Shown here: one piece after another, positions 45,296 to 57,475 of the stretch
How positions within the stretch are numbered: position 1 is the first letter of the stretch
Layout: every line of letters begins with the position of its first letter
Source: Marsupella aquatica
Lineage: Eukaryota; Plantae; Marchantiophyta
Reading direction: 5' to 3'
Assembly: GCA_973895155.1 (NCBI GenBank)
Contig: OZ316893.1
Coordinates: 8,022,963 to 8,086,962, forward strand
DNA length: 64,000 nucleotides
Notes under the pieces: model-generated
Seen by the model: only the letters and a program-made list of their open reading frames with translations
What the model was told of the DNA's origin: nothing
The model's database searches: none
Program-made: the position numbers and the translations under genes

Positions 45296-48200
45296 CCAAA
45301 TTTCAACGAATGTCTCATGCTAAGCATTCCCCTTCCCTGGCCCGTTACAGTGCACTTACTTCCTACCAAAAAAATTTGATCATCAAACTTCCTCAATACA
45401 AACCTCACAACAGCCAGATTATTAACAGACTCGCCGGTACATGCTTGTGTAAGGTCACATATCATATTTTCTCCAACAACGTGCACCTCAAGTTTCCTTG
45501 GAGAGTCTATCCTGTGGTTTCAGAACAACAGACGCTAGACATCAGCATTGAGGAAGTACGGTATTTGAAGCGATTGATCACATGCGCAGGCTATCTACAC
45601 CCATTCACTGTCCTACATCTACAGAACGATTACGAGTAAACGAGTCTGAATAACGAGCATGAATGGAAGTAGCTTGCTTGGTGGGTCCTGAAAAGGATGT
45701 CACCAACAAATACTGGATAGCACACTCTGCGATAGAGCAAAAAATTGGCCCGAGGTAACAGAAAACTGCAATCCATCTATTTATGTGGGGTTAGCGGATT
45801 CAGATCTCAACTATAAGACGGAACAAAAGGGAGACCTTCAGAAGTCCAGATCGGAGTAGGAAAGTCTTCACATCTCTAACACTTACTTCGATTCTCGATC
45901 ACCAAGTAGCCACCGTAGATCTTGCAAGAGGACAAACTACCGGGATACCGTCCGAATGGAGATCAACATTATGCTTCTCTGCGGACCTGGTTACGGTACT
46001 GAGAGCATGGGAATGACTCTCTAGAGGCAGATTGGGTGACAGGGCTTCTTCTTCGATCTTGCAGCAGACCCAGTTTTGCATAACTATGCTGATGGTCACA
46101 TATCTCCAATACTGCACATCGACCTCGCGACAGACACTATTCTGGGAATACAGATCTATGATGGACTATCACAAACCCGATCACAAAAATCTCCCTCTCA
46201 AGCATATCCGTAGCATATCCGTGAGACAGTTGTAGCAAAGAGGCAGCAGACACTCTCGCACTAAAGCCTGATATCAACTGACTGTCTACAGTGTTACGCC
46301 CGTTCTTCATATCTCAATCTTCTTCGAAAAGCTTCCGATCTAAATCCTTCGGCAAAACTATTGGTACCTTGTTGACAACACTTCTTCGACATCTATGGCA
46401 AGGAACTCCACAGAAGAAGTTTAGACAGGATACAGAAGCAGCCACTTCAAAAACCTTCCGGTCGAAATCCGTCCGGGGGGAAAGGGGGGGGGGGGGGGGA
46501 TGAAGAAGTCCATCATCTCTCGTCGACAAAATGTTCTCGAAGACTGTTGACAAGGCTTGTCACAAAAGATGAGTCCACGGGATGGAAAAGGCAGCACTAC
46601 GGAAACGCCTCGATCCAAATCCTTCAGAAAATCTTAAGCTAGCCTTCAACACACCTTCTTCTTGAGAAAACTTCCTCGACAAACTTGGAAAGAAACTTCA
46701 CCAGGAGATGAACGGAGTGGATGACCCAGGGACCTACTTGGAAAGCTTCCAATCAAGTTCAATCAGAGAGACCTACTTGGAAAAGTATCCGATCGAATTC
46801 ATTCAGTGAAAGACTTGGACAGTCCCTGAACATACCGGAAGATTCCTCCACAGCTAGTCGTGATGTATTCCGCCGACGCCGAATAGAGGACGATGCTTGG
46901 GAGCGATGGCCGATGCCGCAGACTTCACCCGAGGAACATAACTGTGGCCTTGCTTGTGCAGCATCGTTTTCAAGCGGGGAAGGCTGATGGGTTGTGCGGA
47001 GAAATCCCACCAGGGGGACGTTGAATAAGATGGTGGAGAGGACATAGCCACGAGAAATCTCACGAGGACGAAGACTGTGAAGAGGACTTGGCCGGCTCCT
47101 GGACTGGAGGATAGAAAGTGGGTGGCATGCAGTCTATATATAATATATTTGTGAAAAAGTATCAGGATACAATTTATTTATTATGTTGCTTTGCAAGTTG
47201 GTGAAGGTATTTTGCCTCTGTGCTACTGTGGAGTCATAGATGATGACAAAGCAATATTCAGTGGATTGTCAACTTATTGGAGTTGTTAACCAATCACAAC
47301 TCTGTGTTTTCACTACAGGACAAAAAGTCAAGCATGTTGCAAAGCATGCTATATATTGGGTATATTGTGATTTGATGCTTTTTTTTTGGTTTGTAGTGTG
47401 ATATATTTATTTGATATTTGATTTGAGTGTTGCTTTACAAGAGTCAGGATAACAGAGGGCCGTGGATCTGGTCACGCCCACATGCTGTCTACTGTACATG
47501 GTCCAAAATTCCATGGTCCAACTGCACCAGTGCCAGCATCAGGTACCCCACTTGCATAGGCCACATTAATAGGGGGTCTCAAATGTGATTTGCGAGCACT
47601 GTGAGGGCAGTCTGTGAGTTGAGGTTAGGATGGACTATGCTGCAAAATGTGCGGGGCTCCCAGAGCCTAGCCCACACACTCTATCAAGGGATTTTTTGCT
47701 TTCCTGTTGGCCACTTCCTCCCACCACATCTTGGTTGCTAACAAACCAAATAAGTGAGTTTGGAAAACTGGGCACTGGTCAAAGGCCACATTTCAGGCAG
47801 TGGCCTGTCCCACAGAAGAGAGAAAGGGATCCATACTTGAGACCCCCCTATTATCAAGGTGGTAGCAATAAACAAACTTTTCCTAGGCAGCTTTGCTTTT
47901 CATTTTCCCAATTGCAATATTTGACCTTTTTCCAAGTTGCCAAACTTGATTTGCAACTGTTGCCAACGCCATCTATGTTGTGCCACATGCTCACGTCTGA
48001 ATTAACATTCACTTGCGTTTGAGTGTAAGTTAGGGCCTTTTAGAGACACTTTTGGCAGGCACTGGTGCAATGACAAACTTCCCTGCTGACCTGGGAAAGG
48101 CTTAGGTTTGAGCTCAACTGGGAAACTTCTATTGATCACAGCGTGCACACTGGCCCCCAAAAGCGATGCAGATGCTGTACGAGGACACACCAGATTAGCA

Positions 48201-49522
48201 AAGTTAGCCGGGAAAGGCCAAGGGCCACCAAGAGTTGAATCCAGAGGGCAGTGCAAGGGGTGCAAGGTGAGGCCCTGGGCTTACTCATACCTGTCCTGTC
48301 CACTCAAAGACACTGTCCACTCAAAGACACTGTCCACTCAAAGACAATTTTTGAGGAACTGGCCTACGAGATTTTTCCATATAAGTTTGGTATGCTCTTT
48401 AATTTTTTGAATTCACTTAGGTAATTGAAACTCATGCATCTGTAGTGCATGATAGTAGTCCCTGTTGCATTATGCCCAATATTATGAATCTTATTATTTA
48501 TTAATACTATACATATTAAAAATGAAAAAAACTCTTACACCTTTATTTGCATTAACACCCTGTCAAGAGGGCATCGTGGGCAACTGGCCCTCAAAACTCA
48601 AAGCAAAAGCCCTTGGGTTTTTGGGGAGTTAACACTCACAATGCCCTTTGAATTAGTACTATGTACAAAACTCACAGAAGTCTTTATTGAACCTATGAGA
48701 TGTGCTTTCCAAATTCCCTGGCTCCATCTTTGGTCACAAATAAGGATGTCTATGTTTGTGGCAATATTCAAAACTACCCGTGTGTTTGACTTGAGGCCAC
48801 CCAAAATGGTTAGATTGATGAACTGTAAAAACTGCCTGTAAGAACAAACAACAGTTAAAAAAACAACTGTATGATTAAGCCATCAAACTTGAGATCAATG
48901 TAAGTGATCAGAGGTGATAATTTAAGAGTGACAATGTGCACATAATTGAACCTATGGTACTTTAAGTTCATCAAACTTTTTGTTTCCCAAAAATGGGCAT
49001 ACGCCTGAGAACCTTTATTAATGCCGGAGAAAAAAACAATATGCCCGCCTAAGAGGAGGAGACTGGAAACGACAAAACCAACAAGTAGGGGGGGGGGGGG
49101 GGGCAGAAGAAGGAGCACCCCAGAGAGAGAAGAAAGGGCCCAAACCAATCCAATTCGCCTAAAGGGAAGAGGCAGAACAGACAGGAGAGGTGGACAGAAA
49201 GCGGAGGACTGCCACTGAAACCTAGCCTAGAGAACAAGAATAGCACATAATAGAATTGTAACCAAAGCCAGAACTCCTGCCTGATACTGTCGAGGCTAAA
49301 ACTGAACACCACTCCCAATAGGCTGCCCAAACATTGCAATCTGCCACAATACCAACCACATTGCAGACCCAGAATTCTTCCAACAGCGCAACCCCTCCAC
49401 CACGACCAAAAGCAAGCACATAGGTGACATAGCACTGCGCTGACACCAGCCCCTGAGACCAGACATTAAGAACGAAAGGCAAGATCAAGGCTAATCAATG
49501 TCAGTGATTAGCATTGATTAGC

Positions 49523-49830
49523 TCCGTACGTGAATGCCCACTGCCCAATATTTTTGGCGTGAGTATGTGGGTAAATACCTAGAGCGAATCAACCTGGACA
49601 CCAACTGCCCCAAGGCTGGATGGTAGAGCAGCTCCTTTAGGATGCACCAGGTCTCAGGTTTGAATCTGGTCAGCACAGAAGGTGCTTTTGTCATTCACCC
49701 CACCCAAAAGTGGGGATCATTCACACTCTAGTCACACTTAGAAAAAATGTGACTTTGAAAAAAATATGGGCAGCAAGTGCGGGTGGCAAAACGGGAGGCT
49801 CATTATGAGCCTCGATCTTGCCTTTCATCG
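49523..49830 (+). mobile_element. Dispersed ~300-bp repeat (Helitron-like or SINE-like), copy 2
   Basis: Shares tgcccactgccca, aggctggatggtag, ggtttgaatc, cacccaaaagtg and the gaggctcattatgagcctc palindrome with 24873-25177. Confidence 0.55.
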
Positions 49831-51664
49831 TGAATGAGCCCAGACTATCCCTAGGACCAATAAATGCTCAACCAGCCAGAACCACCAATACTGGCAGGGC
49901 AATGCACCTCGAGCGTGCATCCGGAACGAGAGCTGGCTGATAAAATCAAACTGAGCATGGATGCTTGAATCTGGGGATATGCCATACTTAGGAGCAAATC
50001 CGAGATATATCCACCTTCTTATCACATTTGAAAGAAGGGCAACCAATGATTTTCATTCTTGAAGACCGATGATCAAATGTTCTTTTTGAGCTTTTATCGT
50101 GCTGCTCCTGGGGTATGTCATTATCCGAAGTTTTATAAAAAGAGTTCTTCAGCCATGACTTTGTTGTCTCAAGTCCTAACTTTGTTGTCTCAAGTTGTTT
50201 GCCTGAGCTAAGACTTTTTATGGTGCTGCCTAGCTTGGGGACCTAATCACTATACAAGGATTTCTCAAAGCTTTCCAATGACTCTCATCAAACCAATTAG
50301 ATGAAAGAGAAGGGAAAAAGGAAAGGTGGGAGAAGAAAAAAAGGAGCGGGAGAAGAAAAAACGAAACTACGGGCTGCTAATTGACATAAATGATTTGGGG
50401 GAATCATTTGGATCCAGATGGAATTAATTGAGGGCAGCTTGAATGGATCATGAGTGAAAGATTGTATAAGAGGCAAACGACAACAAACACTTTTCTTCTG
50501 TGACACATTGATAATACTAAGAATGTGCAAAAATCAGCACTGGACCCAATAAAAGATGATAAAATACTTAGCTCGTGTGTAAATTATGACTTAGCTCGTT
50601 ACTTTTTGAATGAATATGTTGGAGCAAACCTTTGCAATGGCCATTATTTACCTGTTTAGTATTTCATACATATAATGTTCAATCTTTGGGTCATTATTCC
50701 AAAAAGTTGTCACAGGTCCAACATGGGGTCCATGAACTAACTTTGCATACAGTATAACCCTGTTTTCACTTTGTTGTGGGCTATAGTGTCCCCCCAAAAG
50801 AGGGCTTTGGCCCAAGTTTTGAGGGGTAATGCTCCAGTAACATGGAGTTAATACACTATAATTGAGTTGTCGTACCATTTTGATATTGCTCCTCCATTCT
50901 TCACACTCAAAAACTCTGTGTGTCATGGACATTATCTCCCACAAAGCTTAGAATATACAAGAGGAAAATCTTGCACGGATTTAAGAATAGGATAATGTTC
51001 TTATTAGAGGGCATTGTGATATGTAATACCCGTAACTAGAACAGTAACACAAGTAAAAGCTTAGAGTGATTTTTTGGTAATAGACAAGAAAAAGTGAATC
51101 TCTGAAGTAGAAAATTAAAGTTAAAGGGCCATGCAAGAAGTAGTGGCTATACAATTGACCCAAATACGAAAGAAGTTAAAAGCAAATCTTGTCATCTTTG
51201 ATACAAATTATTATTTTGTTAGATATGGTGAAAATGTATTGGGGTTTCACATTTCCTACATTTATGGTGTTTTGCATAATCCCCGGCATAATCCCATCCT
51301 CAAAAGAAGGGAGGATGTATGGAATATTAATGCACTAAAAAATACAGAGAGTAAAATCACAAAGCATTTACGAGTAGAGTAAAGTCTTATTGACAATGCA
51401 TTGTGGGTCATTATATCCTAGAAAGAAGTTTTGAGCTATGGCCCATAATGCTATGGTAAAAGGGCACTAATCTTACTACTAAATTGTGATAGAAAGTTAC
51501 TTTTATGGCCTAGGTCTAGAGTGAAGCCACTGGACGTAACTCTTTTTGTGAGGTGTAGGGAATGGACAAATCATAAATGAGTGCGAATAATGAGGTTGTT
51601 TCCTGCAAGGTTATTGGTACTTACATCTATTTACGCTCAAAAGAACATGCATGCAGTCAAGCTA

Positions 51665-52385
51665 CTGTCTTCCCCCGAACACAGCGCCCGGGCGTTGTGT
51701 TCAAAAGTTGAAAATTTAGTGTCCTTATACAAAAAAGCAGGTTTTCTTCGAACACAACACCACTTTTACACAGCGCCCGGGCGCTGTGTTTGAATTTGGC
51801 ATTGTGTTCGAGGATGACGTTGTGTTTGAACTTGGGCACTATGGTCGAGTGAGGGGTTTGCTGTCATGTCTTCCGTTACAATGAAGTGTTCAAAGTTGAC
51901 AGTATGTTGGAGTGAGGACATTGTCAAAGCAAACAAAAAGCTATCGACAATGAGCGCACTGAAAGCAAATATGTTTCACATTATAATTATATGCTTACCA
52001 TGTGATAATGTTGACTTGGTGCATTTTATTCGTGAGTTGTAAGGAATTGTGATACAAATCATTTGTTCTCTGCCTATGTTGAATTCAGTGTAAATTAACT
52101 ACATATTCACAATTTAACACTTATCTCTAATACATCAGTTCTATCCTATAATTCCAGCTTATACCCCAATCCAGCACATGCCTAAATTTGAACACCGCCA
52201 CTATTCAAACACAACTTAATTTTCAAGCACAACGCCAATATTCAAACACAACGCCATATGTTACAAAAATCCAAAACAAAGTGTCAAAACTCAAACACAA
52301 CGCCCAGGGCTCACTAATCGAATATAGCGCCCTTTGACTCACTATTTGAATATAGCGCCCGGGCGCTGTGTTCGAGGGAAGACGG
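51665..52385. mobile_element. Tc1/mariner (pogo/Tigger-like) MITE
   Basis: TA TSDs (51663-51664 and 52386-52387); TIRs ctgtcttcccccgaacacagcgcccgggcg / cgcccgggcgctgtgttcgagggaagacgg; subterminal aacacaacgcc repeats. Confidence 0.85.
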
Positions 52386-52503
52386 TAGTACATGCCTAAG
52401 AATATTTTATTTTACTAGTAAAAATAGATAAGGAGTTTCATAATGAGCTCATCAAAATATTGACTTTGCATTCTTTTTCATAAATGTAAAAAACTGAAGG
52501 TCA

Positions 52504-53110
52504 TTAGTAGTGGCAAACCCATTGCACCAAGACATCATTGGGACAGTGGCAACAACGGTAGGGGCAACGGCGTCACGAGCGGCAACAACGAAGGAGGCCA
52601 AATATGCTGCCGAGCTTCATCTGATAGCTTCCTTCCTCTTGCTCTTGAATTATTTGGGCATATCCACCATCAATTCGACGGGCTTCTTCAACAAGTTGCT
52701 CGGGATGTTCATGGTCGGATGGGTCCCACCGGACCCCCACTATCTGTTTTGACCACGCGCTTTCGCCAACGCATTTAAGTCACCTTATAGCGTGCTCAAG
52801 CTCGGGCCATCCATCGTCGATCTCTGATAGTGGGTGCTAGTGTGCCTCCGCAGCGGCTAGCCCAGCCACCATAGAGGACAGTCCAGTCCCACTGGTCGAT
52901 TTAGTTTCGACACTTGATGTGGAACATTAGCTAGGAATGTTAAGGATCTCGGTTCATTTGCAGTCGTTTTAGTTCCCCTTTCTTGGTTCTTAGAGGTTTC
53001 TTTTTGCTCACTTCTTTTGCATTTGGTTTTGCCCACTTGAGACCTCTTTTGTTTATTCTTTTGTACTCTGTTTGGCTCTTTTTTGTAAAAAGTTTGTGTA
53101 TGTTAATTAG
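52504..53110 (+). mobile_element. 5'-truncated non-LTR retrotransposon fragment with restriction-like endonuclease (CRE/RLE clade)
   Basis: Frameshifted translation VANPLHQD...ASRAATTKEAKY / FLPLALELFGHIHHQFDGLLQQVAR...GPPLSVLTTRFRQRI*VTL*RAQARAI resembles the RLE C-terminus of bryophyte LINEs; followed by a T-rich 3' UTR. Confidence 0.7.
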
Positions 53111-55183
53111 TAGGGGCCATATTGTGGGCCAGAATGCTCCCAAAATGAAAGCTTTGGCTCCAAATTTGAGCTAACAGGGCCTTAGTGCACTCAGGGCGTA
53201 GTGGATTTTTCATTTGATTGTACTATTTTAATATAAATTTCATAATTCCCCAATCCAAATCTGGACCGCCTTCCTTTCTCATAGAAATCTCATTCTTCTC
53301 CATAAAAGCGCCCAGATCACAAAGAGAAAAATCACAAAGGAACAGATCACAGGGTGTTAAAGTAATCTTAATGCCCTTATTAGTACTTTTCCCTAGTTTG
53401 TATTTTTCAGGGCACTCTGGGAGCATAATGCCCTGCCAAGATCTGGATTAATTCTTTAGTAAGATTCTCCTCTACGTTTGCTGAAGTTTGAAAAAATAGA
53501 AATCTTTCAGGCCTTAATTGATTGTAATAAGGTCCTGTTTATGGAGCATTATGGGCCATTGATGGCTCCTCAAACTCAAGCTGGATTACCTCTTAAGTAA
53601 GATTCTCCTCAGATACTTCTAGCTAAAGTTTGAAAAAATTGACATCTCTCATGCCTTCAATTGTAACAAGGTCCTGTTTATGGGCAATAATGGCCCCGCC
53701 AAACTCAAGCAGAAATTCTTGTTTTGGGGCACTATATCCCATAATGCCCTCTAAAGTCATGTATACAAGTTGACCCAACACAAAGAAGATGGGAGAAAAT
53801 TTGGAAATAATTTTTAAATACATTATCACGGAAGATGTTTGAATTTACAATACTGTTATTATTTTTATAGTATTTATAAATATGCCACAGTTTTCATATA
53901 TTGTTCCCTTGGTGAGCTTTTATTTACATTAAAAAATGTACGCTATGGTTATCATAACATATGTGCATAGAAAATAATATGGTATGTTATGTATGACTAT
54001 TAAAATGATATATGTATAATAACTTTTTTTACCATTTCATTAAGTTTCAAAGAATGTGAATAAAAATAATAATTTTTGTGACTCTTTTATTCTACTCCCG
54101 CTATTTCAAATAAAGGGTAATCGGGGCTAATATTTATAAATACAAAACAAACTGGGCACTATATCTTTAGTGGAAGTATTTAAAAGCTGAATCTGGGAAA
54201 GAAACACGACACACGAGGATGGAGGGAATGGAACGTTGAGATGGTCAATTTGTGTGTCTAAGAAATAATTGTATGAGTGTGCAGCACCTTGATTGCCACA
54301 TTGGAAATGATGCACCATGATAATGGAGGGGCCGGAGGATGGACGGGAAAGTGGAAATGGTCAATTTGTGTGCCAACATCAATTGTGCCGCAGTGCTGCA
54401 TTCAATCTCGCAATCCTCATTAATTTTCCTGCTGCTCTCGTAAATTCACTCGTAGCACTGTCGCTCACGAATTCACGATTTAAAGGCAGCGAGCACGATG
54501 AAATGCTTCATCAGCCTCAAATTATTCGTTTGTGAAAGAAGACAGAACAGAACTGATCTCATGGACCACATTTCTCGGAGCTCAGAGCAAGCACTGAACC
54601 ACTACTGAGTACTGAAGCAGTCATATCTCATCTACCACACTTCTCGGAGAAGAGAGCAATCAGTGAACGACTGTAGCAGTGGAGTATTGGAGGGACGAGC
54701 ATTCAGCGAGGGAACGCAAGTGTTCGACCAGTCGGGAGGTGAGCATTGCACAATAAATGCGGGATTGCACTCGGAAGTCTTTCGATTCGTTTCCGGCCTC
54801 ATGTTTTTGAGAGGCATTGCTGAAAAATCGAGGGAGCAGAGAGGATCCGGACCTTGGGCATTTTCGATGCGTGGCAGATTGCTCCTCGGACATTCACCAT
54901 TGCATACAGAGCTTGGAACTTTTTGCTCTGCCAGTCGAGTTTAGGGTAGTAGTTTGTGTTCAGACATTGGCGACTGTAGTGGTAGAGTGACTTTTTTGTT
55001 CCTGAGGTTGAGGGATTGTGGTTTGTAGTGCAATTAGTCCGGATGCAGAGTTCTGGAGGAGGGAGTAGTAAGCTGTAGGACTCCGATTTAAGTGTTTGTT
55101 TGTTGCGTTGCCAGAATTTTCTGACCTGCATTGCGGACGAGATGAAGCTCACTGTGTAGGATTTGTGTCTTCTGCAGGAGGCG

Positions 55184-57418
55184 ATGGGGTGTTCTTGGAG
55201 GTCAGCGATGGCGCTCTCCATCCTCTCGATGGGAGTGAGCAGCGTGCTGGCATCCGTGGACGAGGCTGTGCCTACTGATGCGGCTCCTGCTCAGTCGCTG
55301 TTCACATTGCAAAACGTGCTGTATGGACTACTGGCAGCTACGGTTGGAGTGATTTTCGTCATGAAGCTGACGGAGACGAAATTGAACTCTCCTCCCGGTC
55401 CGTTTGCTTGGCCAGTTGTTGGTAACTGGCTGCAGGTGGGAGATGACTTGAACCACCGCAACTTGGCTGATATGGCGAAGACTTATGGAGATCTATACAT
55501 GCTGAAGATGGGTCAGAGGAATGTCGTGGTTGTCTCGAATGCTGAGCTCGCCAAGGAAGTGCTCCACACCCAGGGTGTTGAATTCGGATCGAGGACTACA
55601 AATGTGGTGTTCGATATTTTCACTGGTAAGGGTCAGGACATGGTGTTCACCGTGTATGGAGAGCACTGGAGGAGAATGAGAAGAATCATGACAGTTCCGT
55701 TCTTCACCAACAAAGTGGTGCAGCAGTCAAGATTCGCATGGGAGGATGAGATCAACCATGTCATTTCGGATCTTAGTTCCAGACCAGAGGCTTCCACCAC
55801 TGGAGTCATTATCAGGCGCAGGCTGCAGCTCATGATGTACAATATCATGTACCGGATGATGTTCAACAGGAGATTTCCCAAGGAAGACGATGAGCTTTAC
55901 CTGAAGTTGAAGGCTGTTAATGCAGAAAGGAGTAGATTGTCCCAGAGCTTCGAGTACAATTATGGTGACTTCATCCCCATTTTGCAGCCCTTGTTGAAGA
56001 AATACCTCACCCACTGCAAGGACCTCCAGGACAAGAGACTGGCTATCTTCAAGAAGTACTTCATTGATGAGCGCAAGTAAGTTGCTTGTTCTCATGAGAT
56101 GTTTATTGCCCATTTTGATCGTTTCTTCCATTGCAACATTTCTGGTCCTTCGGTAGGGTTGTCCGTCAGTCAACTTTGATATTTTTATCCAAGTCAGAGG
56201 CAAAGGCAGGGATCCATTGGTTCCAAATCGTGCTAGTACCTTTAAATTGTGGGGCTTGTTGCTATGGAAGCGACGTTTGTCCTGTTGTTTCTCCAGAATG
56301 CTACTGTGCCAATTTGCAAAATCTGAAAGGCATATTGGGCAGCTGTAAGGATGTGGTGTAGATTTCTAACATTCTGTTTCTGCATACAGGAAGCTTCTCA
56401 GTACTCGCGGTGCCGATGTGGGCGAAAAAGCTGCCATCGACCATATTTTCGAGTCTGAGGATAAGGGAGAGATCAACGAGGACAACGTTCTCTACATTGT
56501 CGAGAATATTAATGTTGCTGGTAAGATATCTGGAGAGAAATGCACCTGGTTTTTCGCGTCGCTGATATCCTGGATTTTGTTGGTTTAGTACTGAAACTCT
56601 TTCGAGGGCATATAATCCTGGATTTTGGGGTTCCCAGTTACTCTTTCAAGGGCATCTGGGATGATCGTGATCTCCTACTTGTCAGATTTCATGTTCGTGT
56701 CCATCTGGTTTTGCTTGCTGTGGTTTGCTCTCGGTATTGACCTTTTGGATTGTATATGGAGGCTGTTGTTCTGTATTAGTTTTGTAACTCGATGTGGCTA
56801 ACTTTTGGGTTGGTCTGGTGTCCAGCCATTGAGACGACTCTGTGGTCCATTGAGTGGGGAGTAGCTGAGCTCATCAATAACCCGAGCATCCAGAAGAGGG
56901 TACGAGCCGAGCTGGACAGCGTGCTGGGCCGAGATAATCTGATCACCGAGCCGGATACTACAAAAACTCCGTATCTGTCTGCTGTTGTCAAGGAAGTCAT
57001 GAGGCTGCATATGGCAATTCCCCTGCTGGTGCCTCACATGAACCTGAACCAGGCCAAGCTCGCTGGCTATGACATTCCCGCAGAGAGCAAGATCCTGATC
57101 AATGCCTGGTGGATTGCCAACAACCCCGCTCACTGGGACGAGCCCGAGAAGTTTAATCCTGAGAGATTTCTCAACTCGAACATCGAGGCCAGTGGCAACG
57201 ACTTCAATTTCCTTCCTTTCGGTGCTGGGCGGAGAAGTTGCCCTGGTATCATCATTGCCATGCCCCTTCTTCATCTTGTGCTCGGCCGTCTTGTGCAGAC
57301 CTTCGATCTACAGACTCCCCCAGGTGTGGACAAAATCGACATGACCGAAAAGGGCGGACAGTTCTCTCTGTTCATCAAGAACCATTACACCTGTGTGGTG
57401 AAGCCGAGGTCCGACTGA
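55184..57418 (+). CDS. C4H: Cinnamate 4-hydroxylase, cytochrome P450 CYP73A; join(55184..56076,56390..56520,56826..57418), 538 aa
   Basis: PPGP hinge, GNWLQVGDDLNHRNL, LHTQGVEFGSR, ERSRLSQSFEYNYGDFIP, ENINVAAIETTLWS, ExxR (EVMR), PERF, heme motif PFGAGRRSCPG; two GT-AG introns at the conserved C4H positions; 1617 nt, in frame. Confidence 0.97.
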
Positions 57419-57469
57419 GTCTCTCGCGACGCTAGAACACGTTATGAGAATGCGGTTTGATTAGCACCC

Positions 57470-57475
57470 AATAAA
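57470..57475 (+). terminator. Possible polyadenylation signal of C4H
   Basis: AATAAA ~50 nt after the stop codon. Confidence 0.35.

Noticed and set aside
49600-49680. tRNA gene
   Set aside because: Only degenerate A/B boxes with no cloverleaf; part of a dispersed repeat.
55633-57274. Antisense ORFs overlapping C4H (and similar ones over pol and the K-rich gene)
   Set aside because: Shadow ORFs caused by the codon bias of the real genes.
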